A stretch of 61,633 bases of DNA, filler included, from Ionaspis alba (lineage: Eukaryota), in the NCBI GenBank assembly GCA_964255285.1. It is 3 parts of 3 records of this genome, joined end to end, with 100 filler letters (N's around TTAATTAATTAA, not from the genome) between each part and the next. Parts side by side here need not be neighbours in the genome. Positions count along the whole stretch, not along the records: positions 20,607 to 41,109 come from CAXUUL010000245.1; 2 more parts are not named here. One strand, 5' to 3'. The notes beneath the pieces are model-generated. The model ran no database searches. It was given only the letters and a program-made list of their open reading frames with translations, and was not told the origin of the DNA. Position numbers and translations under genes: made by a program. Positions 22,547-36,468 of the stretch are shown here, piece by piece (the stretch's first letter is position 1; each line of letters opens with the position of its first letter).

Positions 22547-24191
22547 TCAAGACTCGCTTTTCGTATCCAACTTCTTGGCATTCCCCTGCTCCTCCGTGCC
22601 AGTGTCATCATCACGGGCACGCTTTTTAGACATCTCGGGTGGGTCTATCATAGGAGACTCGTTCGACTTGCAGCTGCTATTAATATTGGCATTCCCGGCA
22701 GTCCCTTCCTCCGCGGTTTGAAGAGTCTCAGGGGTAGCTTTGGCGTCAGCGGGGATTTCTTCCGTTGAGACGCCAACCTTTGGAACCTCACTAAAATCTC
22801 GTCAGCTTTGATCAAATTGCGTATGCACGGATTAGGGCTGTATACTGCTCCTTTCGCTGCCTCTCACTCTCATCATTTCTATCTCTGCCTCCGCTACCTC
22901 TGTGGCCCCGCCCACCTCCTCGACCACGTCCTGAGCTTCCAAAGCCTTTGTGGCCTCTACCTCTCCGATCCTTGAAGCCATTCTTCTGGTCTTCCTTTCT
23001 TCGCTCCCTCCAATCTCGGTCGTCACCATTTTCATCTCTATTTCGCTTCGATCGATCATCGCGTTGATGTAGATTTGGTTTGACCTTTCCGGCAGCAATA
23101 TCATCGACCTTCTCATCACAGTACTGCTTCTTACTTTTAATGATCAGGTCTTTGCCATTCCACTTTGGGGCAGGATCCATAGCCAGGAACTTCTTCTGAG
23201 TCTCCTCGGAATCAAATTCCACGAACACGCTGCCCTTGAAAAGCTTTTCGGGACTTCGTCGTAGACGGACTGAGTTTGTGGGACCATATGGAGTGAAGAA
23301 TGCTTCGATATCGAACTGGGTGCTGGGCTGCTCCTCGCCAAATCCCTTGACATAGACACTTCGCGACATAGCTCTGTCCTCGTAGACCTTCTGTACCTCG
23401 TAGTGAGGCTTATTCTGGATTTCTTCCGTTAAAGGAACCTTCCGCTGGATACTGCTATCGTCCTCGACAACATTCAATACGGTGCTCTCCTTGAGAGCAG
23501 AGATAATGGCAGAACGAGGCTGGAAATGACGCATGCGCTTAAATGAGTGGATGACACTGATGGGTACGGCATTGTTCTTGGCACCCTCGACTTTGGAGAA
23601 CAGGAATTTGTCTGAATGAAGATTGGAGTCCGAGAAGTAGAATTCGACCTATAGATAATTAGCTCAAGCGTCAAGTGATAGCTTGGAAGCAAGGTATCTT
23701 ACCTGCTTGCGGATCGCCACTGGATCACTACTCTCTTCTTGGGATGTCAGATCAGATTTTACATTCCCGGAGTAGTCTTTTCTGGGCCTATCATTGTTAC
23801 TTCTGAATTTGTCCCCGCGATTTGACGATCGTCCGTGGTCCCGAGAAGCTCTTCCATCGGCGTGTGACTTCCGCTCTTGCGTATTGGACGACTCTCCTAT
23901 TTCTGAGTCTTTTCCTTGGCTCTCAAAGGCCGTATTATCCTGCTTCGAGACATTGTGACCCGTAGTCGTGGCAGTAACATCTTGACCAGGCTCGTTGACA
24001 GAATCCTCCGGCGCGGCACCGTTAGTACTTTGCTTCAAGTCCTCTGTGGTCGTAGCGGCTGAAGTGCTAGAAGCTTGAGCCTCCGTTGAGAGCACTGTAG
24101 ATTCATCTTTCACAGATACCACAGTGTCATCGTTCGCCAACGAAGACGCCGCTGGGTCTGGCTCGACCGTTTCGAGCTGCTTGTCTGCCAT
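22547..24191 (-). CDS. LHP1: La protein homolog (La motif plus RRM), 3 exons
   Basis: IRKQ|VEFYFSDSNL La motif, RRM with RSVYVKGFG and FKGSVFVEF, and a last exon ending KKLDTKSES* at 22547. Confidence 0.9.
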
Positions 24192-24642
24192 TGTCAGAGC
24201 AGAGAAACCAGATATCGTAGCTCTCTGCAGTTCAAGACGTGAGGCTCTACTGGAAAAAATAAAAGGGAATAGCTTGGCTGATAACGCCAGGGACTCAACG
24301 AAACTTGGTTTGAAGGCTTAAGGGTGGGATGGCGGGGTGAGTCAACGATAAGTAGAAATGGGATGCTGTCAATAAGTTCGGCGAAGAGGACAGTATTCGC
24401 TTTCGATTGAATACAATAGGAAGGATTAAAAGTGGAACAGCTGCAAACAATAATGTGGGTTAAGTTGTATTGGATGGAAGCATTAACGATATTTTTACTG
24501 GCGACTTCTGCAGAGCTCCGCAACCGAGAGCAGCTCTGCGCGACTCGCCGACATCCGAGAAATGGGCTAGCATATCCCTAGAGGATGTTGGAACCTAGAC
24601 AGTAAATGTTTCTTTGCTCTCAATATCATACATTTGTTCGAT

Positions 24643-25983
24643 ATGCGCAAACGGTTCCACGGTCTTAAGAGACCCGTGAGTGGCACTCGACACACCGAGT
24701 ATTCTCTTTCGTGCTCATGTTGCTGACCTTACAAATATAGAAAATCCGGCAATCATGGAACAAATATAATCTCTACAACCTCTCACGGTACAAGGCTCCG
24801 CCAACGAGCACAAGGACTTTCTTTCAACAGAAATGGTCTGCAAAGGCTCACACGAGGGCTTATCATGGTGAAACAATCCGTGAGAAGCACTGGCAACGGA
24901 TGTTCAAGACTACCATTCGCTCCGTCGTACCAATGGACCATCGTTACCTCGCTCACAACGACGGATCCGAGCAAGCTGCAGGAAGGGGCTCTGGATTGGA
25001 CGTCGAGCCTGGTCGAAAGCGGAGTATAACACCCAGAACACCATACATGAACATGGTCTACGCGCCCACAGAAAGAAGACTCGATACTGCCATCTTCAGA
25101 GCGCTCTTTGCTAGCAGTACGCGACAGGCTAGGCAATTCGTGGTGCATGGCTATGTGAAGGTCAATGGCAAAAAGGTCGGTCCCCCGCTCCATGTTGAGC
25201 AGATACAATTGCTTACGGCGATGGTAGATGAAATACCCTGGCTACCAACTGAATCCTGGCGACATGTTCCAGGTCGAGCCCGAACGCGTTCTCTTCGCAA
25301 CCGGTGCACCGAAAGACAAAGCCGACCGCCGGGCTGGCCGGCGACTCAAAGCCAAAGAGAAGTCTTCCGCCGATGAACCCGACGAATCTTCAGAAACACC
25401 AACCCTATCCGAACAAACCGAGCCGGAGCCTGAGACTCCACCAGATAATAAGAAAGCCCTCAACTCCCTCCTCACCCAAGCCAAGTCCATCCTTAACGCA
25501 AATTCGGTTTCAGGGAAGAAGAAACAGGACCTCCGCGCCTTTCAACGCCTGATCAAACGTACTCTTTCCCAATCCACAACCAACACCACCCTGACCGATT
25601 CACTCGACGCCCAGCTCTTGGAATTGACTGCGCGTCTCAATCTCTCTGCCCCGGAAGGAGCAGCCACGGATACGACTGAAGCTTCTGCTGCCGACGTCCC
25701 TGCCACCTTCTCTGCGGATGACCGCCGCGCCCTCCGTGAAGCCATGATCGAAGCACGAGAAAATCCTATTGATCCCTCGAAGCCGTACGCAACGCCTTGG
25801 AGGCCTCGCGATTACCTCTCTGCGTTTGCATTCGTGCCTAGATATCTCGAGGTACATCACAAGATCTGCAGCGCGGTGTATCTTCGGCATCCGGTTGCAC
25901 GGCCCGGTCTTGGGGAGGTACCGACGCCGTTTTCAGAGGAGATGAATGGGCTGGCATTTGGATGGTATTTGAGGCGGCGGTAG
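24643..25983 (+). CDS. NAM9: Mitochondrial small-subunit ribosomal protein uS4m (3 exons)
   Basis: [26 protein letters not shown]4 domain [33 protein letters not shown], and C-terminal [12 protein letters not shown]...WYLRRR. Confidence 0.94.
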
Positions 25984-26166
25984 AAAAGCGCGTAACATTT
26001 AGTGATCCTGGCGTTTATTCAAGCGGTCACAAACAAGGGGTAGTCCGCCAGATTACGAGGTTCTGTGTATATAGATGTGTGAAAACATAGGATTGTATAC
26101 TACAAACACACAAGACATATATGGGACCGCTTCTGCAGCCTTTCATGGCACAGCCTCTTGGCCCCG

Positions 26167-27981
26167 TTACCTTGCCGACTCCCTCAAGTCCTCTTTCTCT
26201 ATCCGACTATTTTCCTTCCAATTCAATCCCACCCACCTCAACACCCCCTGCACCTCCATCCCTCTCTCCTCCATCTCCTCCACCAAGCCCCAAACCCTCT
26301 CATCCCCCCTCTCACAACACCTCTTCACAACCGCGATACAAGTCCCACGTCTCGGCCACCACCCCCTAGCCCTCATCTCCGCCCAATACCTCCACGAATC
26401 CTCAAAATCATCTTTGCCTTTCCCCTCCACACACGTCAAAATCAACCGATCATACGTCAACGTATCCGGCTGCACCTTCAACGCTAGCATTTCCGAGGCC
26501 AGGAACATCGCCACATCTTTGCGACCTGCTTTGGAGCACCCGCGGAATAGCGCGTTGAAGGTTGCGGTTGTAGGACCAGCGGGACAGAAGGTGTGTAATT
26601 TCTTGTAGAAGAAGAGTGCGTCGGTCAGATTGTTGGTGTAAGTTGCGGCTTCGATGAGAGCGTTGAAGGCGACGGTGGGGATGGCATTGCCCTCTCTGTG
26701 TAATGCCCTGAGGAAGGTGAGAGCTAGGTTGGGCAAATGTTGGGCGGAACGTAGATGCTGGTACAAGGGGCGGGTTGTTGCTTCTGTAGGGGGACAGCCG
26801 GAGCTGGCCATGAGGGTAAGGACGGAGAGGGCGTGTTTGATAGCGGAGGCGCGGAGGTAGGACTCGAAGAGTGCTTCGTAGTGGTGGGCTTGGAGCGTGT
26901 TCGTGCGGTTGCCTAGGATGCGGAAGACGTCGGTGGCGAGGCGGAAGTCGCCGTGGCGGGCGGCTGTATTTAGGACGTTGATGCAGATGCCGCTGGAGGG
27001 GTTGAGGTACCCGCGCTCGACTCGCTTGCGCCATGCGTAGTGTGTGGTGGCGTGGTGGAGTGATTGGCTGGATGTGTCGAGGATGTGGTACCAAAGAGTG
27101 TTGGAGATGGAGGAGGAGTGGGCTTGGTCGCGGTGGGTCATGATTTTGAGGACTTCGTCGAAGTCGCCGGTCGAGCAGAGGGCGTAGAGGAAGAGGTCGT
27201 AGAGCCAGGTCTGGATCTTTATACCACTGTCTTGCATTTCGGAGAGCTTGTTTAGAGCTAATTCGATCTGACGGTCTCGGATTAGGCCTGCGACTACGTC
27301 GTGCCACCCTTCATCGGTAAGGGTGAACCAGCGCTGCCGGAGCTCTTCGAGGATTTCAGGTCGGAGAATGTAATCTGGGTGTATGGCGAGCACCTGGGTT
27401 GTAGTCAGTGAGGGACATCGCATAGTACAGCTTAGGTCCTATACCTTTAGCACAGCATGGCAGACGCTGGAGTCGGGCTGTATGCCCTCCTCAACCATCT
27501 CCTGGAGCAGACGCTCCACTCTCCCCAGGGACCCATACTCAGGGCAGATATTGGCCAAAATTAAGCCGGCATAGAGGCGAACATTCGGCCGTTCCCGCCG
27601 CTCAATCACGAGTGTTCGAACAAGCTCTTGCACTTTTATGAATTCCCCTTTGTTGGCAGCCCAGCGCAATTCTCCGTAAACTTCAGCCAGTGGAGGTGCC
27701 TTCCGTACCCCATTACCGCTCACATCGTCATCTTTTCTTTCAGTCAAATGGTGGCGCCAATTATTGGCTTGGACCTCTATTGGCTCGATGTTGCGTGCTG
27801 ATGGAGTACGGTAACACTTTTTGCTGCTCTGGTGTATTGCTCGAGAGGCTGCTGGGTCACGTCGGCTGAGCGATTTGCGAACAATTGGTCGAGCTGTGTG
27901 AGCTATAGCTAGTGTCTTTGTTTGGAAGCGAGGACACAGACAATGCCATAATGCATCAAATATCTGGACCGTCGGTGGCAT
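26167..27981 (-). CDS. Mitochondrial pentatricopeptide repeat (PPR) protein (2 exons)
   Basis: About 35-aa helical repeats such as PTVAFNALIEA, PTTATFNALFRGC and PDTLTYDRLILTC. N-terminus MPPTVQIFDALWHCLCP. Confidence 0.88.
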
Positions 27982-28321
27982 TACACATAGGAGAGGTGGT
28001 GGGGGAGCTCGGATATTTGAGCTTGATACTTGTGCCGAGCACTCTACGCTAGAAGCACGACGATCATGGAGCTTGCAAACCGACAACTGATACGTAAGAG
28101 TGAAGCTCTTTGATCGCATATGGGTATCTTCATTGGCAATTATCAAGACGTGCTATCCTTTCCACGCGTGTGTTGCATGTGGTACTGTTCGCAACCTCTG
28201 GGCACGTGGCTTTCCCACAACCCGCCTCCGAAGCCCAGTTCTGGCATCCACAGTTTCCTAAGGAAGGTCCATCCTTTGACCTTACCATTATTTTCATACA
28301 GTCACCACCTTCCCCTTCTCG

Positions 28322-28828
28322 TTATCCTCCACCTCTACCTCGTCCCCTCCCTCTGCCACCTCCACCTCTAGAACCACCCCGGCCTCTATCCCCGCGATTG
28401 CTGTCTCCCCGATGTGCTCCTCCACCCCTACCCCTGTTCGACGACTGATTTTGTTGCTGATCCTTCACGAGATCAATGATTTCGTCTGGGACTCGGAGAT
28501 ATTTGATCTGGTTCCGCTATTAGCATGAGCTTAAAAAGCAGCAGAGCTCCTACAGTAAACACGTACATTATTTCCCCGAACGTAGACTTCAGGCATCCGA
28601 AAGAATTTGTCACCATCGGGACTTGTCTGAACAACTTCTTTGAGAGTGAGGTTCATCCACGTATCGCAGCTGATCAAGTGTCCATTGAGTGTCTCCCCAT
28701 TTTTTAGCTCGACCAGCATAGGGTGCCCTTGCGCTGCATTTAGCAGGCCAAGAGGAAGCTGGAAGAAACAGTCAGCATCAACACGAGTATCACATCGGGT
28801 ACATGCAGGCCTAAAATCAACTTACCAT
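28322..28828 (-). CDS. LSM4: U6 snRNA-associated Sm-like protein LSm4 (first exon is ATG only)
   Basis: [29 protein letters not shown]...[15 protein letters not shown] with an RGG-rich tail. Confidence 0.95.
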
Positions 28829-29083
28829 GATAGAAGATCTCTATGAATGTGGTTGCTAGAGAATAGAGAATGAGTCGGACGATTCACGATTGAGCCGGCC
28901 TTGGCGTGAAGTTCGGACCGACGTGTCGTGTCTGCCGCTTTTCTCGGCGGCGGCTGTGCCTCACTCAGCCCGTCAGCTCTTCTTTTCAGGCAGCCAGATA
29001 ATGTACCCTTCCTCTTCCTCCACCCACCGTCAATGGGTTGAGGAGCTCTCAGGCTTCAATTCGAAGAAGCCAAGGCCGCCGGA

Positions 29084-31150
29084 ATGCGCGGCTTCAAGAA
29101 GGCAGTAGCTGTGCTGCTGCCGTCAATTGTCTCTTCCCTTGTGCTTCGAGAGACCGAACTTGGATCGGTAGGTTTGACCACACATGACGTGGTCATTCCT
29201 GAGGGGAACAATGGTCGAGGCATAGACTTTCGTATGACTTCATCGATCACTACATTTATCACGTACTCATAATGGTATAGGACCAGGGGATGGCATCATT
29301 AAGTTCTCCGTACCTTGTCCTGACTGCAATGCTGAAGAACGTGAGGCCTTGGAAAGCTCAGTACGGAATCTTTCTCATCTGCTACGCGTACAACGACAAT
29401 ACTGACGGACGTCAAGTCATTCGTCCTTGATATATCACAAATTCCCCAGGGTTGTGCCTCCATTGATGGTGGGAGTGGAATTACTATCAATGGTGAAAGT
29501 CTACCAGGAATTTCACAAACTTTTTCATCTGGTTCACTGCCACTACCCAACATTAGAGGTGCTAGGGAAGCAGCATCATGGGTTACCGGTTGTGGATGTA
29601 CCCACGTCAAGGAGGACCGTACCTGCGAGCTTGGAGACATAGTCAATGCCTTGTTCCTGACATTGCGCGGTTTTGGCCGTGGAGCAACTCCAACTTTCTC
29701 CGTATATTTTAAGAGGGTCAATCAACCGGAAATTATGCAGCTCAGTCTTTTCTCGGACCTCCAACTCGCATACAACCTGGCTCAATTCTCATCTCCTGCC
29801 CTAGCTGTGTCTTCGTCTAATACAGGACCGGAGTTTACTTTTTACCATAGCACCGTCATCGACGAAGCCGTATCCTCTTCTGCCGCATCAGTCTCCGTAT
29901 ACCCTTCTTCGACTTCTACACCTCTCAATGAGATTGATCATGCTACGCCAACCTTTTCTGTGGGCAAGCCTGCACTACAGCCCAGCCCAAGCACGCCGAC
30001 CCATTCAGCGTCTGAGCATTCGTCCATACCAACTCTACCTATTCAAGGCTTCACGGTCCAGAGTAATAATCCACGCCTGAGGTTTGGTACTGCCTTCGGT
30101 AAGTTGAGGACAACAGTCAAAAATCTTGCCAGTCAGGTTGTCGAGAAGGTGAAGGACTCTCGTATAGGCTGTCCCTTCAGTGCCGCCCAGCGAGTCAGCG
30201 TCGGCAGCATCCAAGCTGCTGACGGCCATTTCGAGGTGTCACCATATCATGATGCTGCTCAACCGTCTCCCCTTCCAACCTCGTCCGAGTCTGCGTTGCC
30301 AACTGGCTCCTTTGCTCCAATCCCTGCCGCCCTCACCACTTCATCGGCAGCGGCCGCTCTCTCGACACCGCTTCCAACCTTGGCACCAAGTACTCCTTTC
30401 GCTCCAAATGCTCCGCTAAGTCCAATTCCCCCCTTCATACCACCGACACCCGAATCCCTTGCGGCATCGGAGACCTCGTCCTCAACGCCGTCCAGTTCCC
30501 ACACCCACCATTTCATTCTCCACACTCCTCAGGGCATCCTCGCCTTCAAGATCACCAGCGTTATAGTCATCTTCGTCTGCATCACCACCGCCATCATCGC
30601 CCACATCTGCGCCAACCCCCGCCGGCGTGCAGATCGAGCCTTCCGCCGCGAAGAGCGCCGAAATCGATGTCTCTACCGCAAAGCCGCCCGCCGTCACAAA
30701 TTGCGGAATTTCATCCAGAAGTTCCGACGCTCCCGCGCTCCTCCAACCACCAACTCTCTAATCGCCGAGACCTGGGACGAAAAGCGCGAGCAGGCTCTCG
30801 ATGCACAGTTCCCGACCCGCGGTAACATGCGCAACGAGCTCTACGCTATGCGCAGTGCACACCGCGTTGTTGATGGGATATTGAGAGCCGAGGAGGGTCG
30901 TTGCCCTCCCTCTGCTGTCTGCGAGAAGGTTCGCACGAGACGTGCAGAGAGGAGGGGAAATAGCTTTTCGAGCACCAGGAGTCTGGGGTCGGGGTTGCCT
31001 GCGTACGAGGAGTGTGAGGACGAGGTTAGGGTCGTGGATGGGTTTGTGTATACGCCGCTTGGGACGGATTGTACGCCTGATAGTAGTGTGATTGATACGA
31101 GCCCTAGGACGAGCTTGTATTTGCGGGATAGTGATTCGGAGAAGGAGTAG
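29084..31150 (+). CDS. Uncharacterised type I membrane protein: signal peptide, Cys-containing ectodomain, S/T/P stalk, one TM helix, cytosolic tail with LPxY
   Basis: Two introns (about 29232-29280 and 29361-29416) join MRGFKKAVAVLLPSIVSSL... in frame with ORF 29651-31150. TM segment ITSVIVIFVCITTAIIAHI is followed by a basic stretch and LPAYE. Confidence 0.72.
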
Positions 31151-31619
31151 GAGGATGTTCTCCGCATCTTGGTTTAGCGATTGGTGACGGCGATGAGAGG
31201 ATGGAAAACACATGGCGTGGCGTTCTGGGATGGGGTTCTTGGGGTAATAACCGCTCTTCTGGGTGTGGGAAGGGGATTTTGAGATTTGTACAGTATGTAC
31301 AGTTTGTTAGCGTATCAGGAATCCAGTTGGTCAACTCTCTTACTCAGCCCAATCATTCTAGCCTCGGTTACTTAGTCCATCTGCTTGGTCCAAAATTCAT
31401 GCCACTTGTGAAAAAGCTATTTAGTGCTATGTTTCGAAGTTAGATTTGCGAACAAGTCCAGAGCTGTTTGCCAGAGCCAGTTGAAACACATCAGATAGTT
31501 ACATGTATTGTAAGCAAGTAAGCCACAAGCTTGTCATCACGATCATCACCGTCCACTTCCCTTGCTCCTAGGGCTGTTCCACTATTTTCTCCCTCCAACC
31601 CACACTTCCTGAACCAATT

Positions 31620-34600
31620 TCAATCGTATACATCAGCAACAAACCTCTCAACCCCTACCTTCTCGAACCATTCTCTCGCCTCCTCCTCCCCGCACCCCTT
31701 CACCTCCCTGTAAATCTCCCTCACAGTCTTCCCCACACTCCCAGCCAGCTTTCCCGCACTGCCACACAAAAATACCTTAGCACCCGCATCAAAGAGCTCC
31801 TTCAACTCCTTCCTCTCATCCCATATACGTTCATGCACGTACTTGAATCCCCTACTAGCTTCTGATTTTCTTGAAAAGCAAGGACGCATGTCTACTATAC
31901 CTTGCTGCTCATAGTTAGCAAGTTCGTTGGCGTAGAGATAGTCATGTATTGGGTCGCGGCAGCCGAAGTAGAAGAGTGCTTTCCCTAAGGAAGTCCCTAT
32001 TGGAAGGACAGCGGCAGCACGCTCTTGCAAAAAACCGCGCATCGGCGCTATGCCTGTGCCGGCGGCGATGAGGATGATAGGGGTGGAAATGTTGGCAGGA
32101 AGATGAAAATTAACATTTGTGGAGCGGACAGCACAATGAATTTTCTGGCCTGGGCGGAGGGCTGCGAGGTAATTGGATGCAGGTCCGATGTATGGCACTG
32201 ATGGGTTGAAGTGGGAAGGTCCAGTGATTACGTCGTATGTCAGGGATGCGGTTGCTGTGGAGCTGTGAGGGAGGAACGAGGAGATGGAGTACTGTCGCGG
32301 TTTCAACGGCTGGAGCATGTCGAGGAAGGTGGCGAACGGAAGGGCGCAACTGGGGTGAGATTCGAGTACGTCTATTATGGAAGGACGTGCGGCTAGAGTT
32401 TTGCTGTATGACTCAAAGAGCGACGTCAGACGAGTCACTTCGCTGGGAGCAGAGGTAAAGGTGGCCAGAGTCGACAATTGTTTCCTGGATATCGGAATGT
32501 TAAGTTCGAAAGAGTGAGCTAGGATAGCCCAGATGAAATGTTTTGTGTTTGGCTGTGACAGTAGGAACTTTTCCAAACGAGGTGTTGACGGGTTTGCTAT
32601 GTACGACTCCTTGTTAACTTTCACGCTGATCGAGGCGTCTTCCGGAAGGGAGAATCTCTTCAAAATGCGGCGAATGGTAATGGGGCTATTCGTCGGGAGC
32701 ACGACGAGGTAATCGCCTGGAAATTTGCTTCATCAGAAGATGAGTTTGGAGAAGGGATGTTGCATTGAATTACCAGTTCTGTACTTGACGTGCTCTGGGA
32801 GAGAGATCTCCATGTGCATTTTCGAGTAACCGACTTCAGTCGAAGCGATCTCTCTATTCTCCATCACAGTCCCTATCCCCATGTCTGTCTCGATTTCCAG
32901 ACGATCAGAAGTAAGAATCTCGATTTTCAAATCCTCCGTAGCAATCGCCTTAGAACCTGGGAAGGCCTCCCACACTTGTTCTGACCACTCGTCAAAGCCT
33001 CCAAAGACATCTTCTTTCATGTTAGCTGCTCCGAGAGGCGCAAATCTAGATGCACCCAAAGCCGCCAGTTGCCTGTCGATGAGCTTTGGGATCCGCTGAT
33101 AGGTGTCTGCCCAGTCAGTATTACCGACGCCGAAGACTGTGTAATTCACTCGTGCGAGCGTTTTGTCCTGTTCTGTGGTCTCAAGCCATGCGACGAACTT
33201 CCTACTATCATCGGACGGCTTTCCTTCATACGAAGGGCATATGATAATGACTGGGCGGTCGGTAGGTAGCTTTCCTGTCGCACTATCCAATGTTCTGATG
33301 TCTTCATCCTTGACCACAAAACCGTAACGGGGTGCCATAACTGCAACATCCTCGGCAAAGCTTTTGCAGGTACCTGAGTTGGATCCGTACAGCACTAGCA
33401 GTGACTTCCCACCAGCCGTATTCGACACGCTAGGTTTTGCGTCTTTCTGATATGGAGGAGGAGCTCCGTTCACTGACAGTGAAGGCGGAGGCTGCTTTAC
33501 TCGATGTCCAGCGCCAAGTCCCGTGAACAAGCTCTTCCCAGGTCTCCTCCTTGCTTTCATAAAGAAGCCTACGGGCTTTTGGGTAATGGTTTGCTCTACT
33601 ACCAGCTTATACGACGGGTCAGCCTTCTCGATGTGGAATCGCTGGAGAATGAGTGCAATGGTCATGATCGCTTCTTGCATAGCAAAATCTCGCCCTATGC
33701 AAGCTCGAACGCCATTGCCGAACGGCTTCAAGGAATTGGGCGGTAGCCGCTCGTAGCGTCCATCCAACATTCTTTCTGGACGGAATGCATTTGCATCTGG
33801 ACCCCATACCTTGGGGTCACGATGAAGGTCGATGATGTCGAGGATGAAGATGTCGCTAGCAGAGTATGGGTATTTTCCTGCTAGCAATCCACCAGTTTCC
33901 TTCGGACCTATGCCAATCTGGGCCGCAGGAGGTTGCAGGCGTAGTGATTCCTTCAGCACTGCATCGATATACTTCAGCTTCGGAACATGGTCGACCGTTA
34001 TGTCGGTGTTGCCCAAAATTGTATCCACTTCCGCTGTCGCTTTGGCACACTTGTCGGGATTTTCGAGGAGTAGCCAGCAGGTGAAGGAGAGTAGTCCGGA
34101 TGTCGTCTCATGACCCGCAGCCTTTCCAGGTCAATAGATATAGAGATGGGTGACGCGGCACTTACCAAAAACGTCTCCACTTGGAATCTGATGTTCTCGT
34201 CAGAAAGACGATCTCCAGTCTCCTTATCACTTGAAAGAAGCATGACGTTGAGCAAATCGTCGACGTCCTTGGGATTCTTCTTGCGTTCTGCGACAATAGC
34301 ATCGCAAATGCTGTGCATCTTAGCTGTTTGAGCCTGGAACTCCCGCCATGACCATATCCTAATCCAGTTCTCGAACGCTGAACGTGTGGCCCTTCGACTC
34401 GCCTCCCACAGTACGGACATTAGAGCATCGACGAAAGGATGAACCTTGTCTGTGTAGAAGTTGTTGAACCGATAATCGAAAGCGCAAAGAGCAATAACGT
34501 CTAGAGAGAGCCTTGTAAAATTGTCGGAGACGTCGAATGCATGGTCAGGTCCGAAGTTGTCCCACTTGAGGATCATTTGTGAGGTGATATCTAGCATCTT

Positions 34601-35019
34601 TGGGAACATCTTGCGAATAGCCATGGGACCAAAGGGAGTTCCTAACAGTTTGTGCGCCAGGATCCAGTTCTTTTTCTTCGCGTCAGCACAAGTGCAGCGT
34701 ATCTTTGAGGTGGACGTACTGGATTGCTCGTTTCAGAAGTAATCATGCCATCACCTATCGCACGACTGACTTCCTTGAGTGCTGACATAGTCTTTTTAAA
34801 GCGTCTTTCATCACAGACCTCGTTCACCAGCTCTTGCGAGGCGATGATGATGAGATACTTCGATAGGACGTTCAGCTTGAAGATGGGTCCGTACCTGGCA
34901 ACATGTTTCCCAAGAGACACCGAGATTCTCTTCCTATCAATGTCTGGGATATTTCCAAGCAACCCGAAGAAATGTTCTGGAGGTTGCGGAATCTCTTCTT
35001 GAACGCCGGGAAGAGCCAT
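31620..35019 (-). CDS. CYP505: Self-sufficient cytochrome P450/NADPH-P450 reductase fusion (CYP505/P450foxy family), 4 exons
   Basis: I-helix AGHETT, ExLR, heme motif FGNGVRACIG, FMN motif LYGSNSGTC, FAD motif RQYSISS and NADPH motifs AGTGIAPMRGF and YFGCR. Confidence 0.95.
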
Positions 35020-35701
35020 GTAGTCTATTGAAAAAAGAGGCCCTCAGTCGAGCTTTGAGAAGCGTTGCTGCAATATCTCTCGACAACAGGTGCTCAAATA
35101 TCACTGAGGAAGCACTGGCTGAATCCTCGCGGAGAGACAGTCACCAACTGAGCCGAACAATGACTAGGCATCTGTAGTGAACGCAATTTGAAGCATTACG
35201 AGCCGAGGTGAGGGACAGAAGTTGGAAAAACACACTCAACCCCACTAGCGAGAGTTCACGTGAGATACCTGAAACGGGCATGATTCGTGCTCGAGTTGGT
35301 CTCGCACGTAACCAACCCCATCGAGATAGGCATCATCAATCTCTGCAATTGAGCAGTTCTCAATTAGCTTGACCCAGTGTATGGTAGACACAAAACCCTC
35401 CAGTGAAAGAACGGAGGCTGAGAGGCGTCCCCGACGACCTCGAGCCACTCTTCGTGGGTAGTTCAAATGACTCGATCAGTTCTATCAGAAGATTCAGTAG
35501 ATATGGCATTAGATCACTTTGTTCGAAGGATGATGGATAGCAGTAGAGTGGTCACTACGCCTCAAAAAGAACGGAATCTTCACGTTTATCTCTTTTTGAG
35601 ACTTGACGAGATACCATGTATCTGGAGTCATTTGTAATGAATGTTCATGTTTCAGAGACCGCCATCGAATTCCCCGTGAGATTGCGTGACCAAATGAAGC
35701 C

Positions 35702-36468
35702 CTACCATTTAGCCTCTTTTCGAGCCAAAAACTGCTTCAAGATAGCTACTCGCTCCTCCAAAGCGCTTAGCCATTGCTCTAACTCTGCTTGACCTCGTTT
35801 TGGATCGTTGTCTAATTTTGTGTAGAAGTCCTTTCGATATGGTGTAGCTGACATGGCCGCACTGAAGATCGGCTTCACCAGAAAGCTGTGGTGAGGTTTC
35901 AAGGTTGCTGCGTATGCACTCCGGAACGAGGTCGAGAGCTCCTCTGACGGATTTAAGACATTGTGTCGAAGAGCCTGGGAGGTAAATTCCAATCCACTAT
36001 GATATGTCAGGCATAGCCGAGTAAGGCAAGCATTTGATCTTCTGACCGATTGAGCCAGACCAGCCCCTCCGTCGCAGTGTGCTTTTTGAGCTTCAACTCA
36101 TTTAGTACGAGGGACTGCAGATTCTCGGAATCTGTAGGAGCAGCCAATTGTCTGTCTCGGATTTTCTGGAATCAAACAGGTCAGGAAGAAGCGCTAATTG
36201 ACAAACAGTATCAAAGCTACCTTGACATTGCCCAGCATGTCATTTTTGACCGGTGTGAATGCGACCGATCCAAGGACGTCTGAAGCGCGGTAAGAGAGAT
36301 CCTCTTCCAGGGGAGCTGTTCGTACCCACCAAACAAGGTGCACAAGGACTCGGCAGCCTCAAGGAACTCTGTGGTCGGAATAGCGTTGTCCTTGGCCCTC
36401 TCGACAGGTACATCTGCAAAAGATTTCTTAATCGTGCTGAAAAACGTGAGCCCTTGGTTAGAGGCCAT
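35702..36468 (-). CDS. het-c2: Glycolipid transfer protein, HET-C2 family (4 exons)
   Basis: IPTTEFLEAAESL, FTPVKNDMLGNVKKIR, ATEGLVWLNRGLEFT and AYAATLKPHHSFLVKPIFSAAMSATPYRKDFY. Confidence 0.93.

Noticed and set aside
26450..27307. 285-aa Arg/Pro-rich ORF overlapping the PPR gene in another frame
   Set aside because: Shadow ORF caused by C-rich codon usage. It is low complexity with no domain.
35245..35466. Short protein-like ORFs at 35245-35466 and 43606-43839
   Set aside because: Under 80 aa with no family motif, so they cannot be told from chance or tiny relics.
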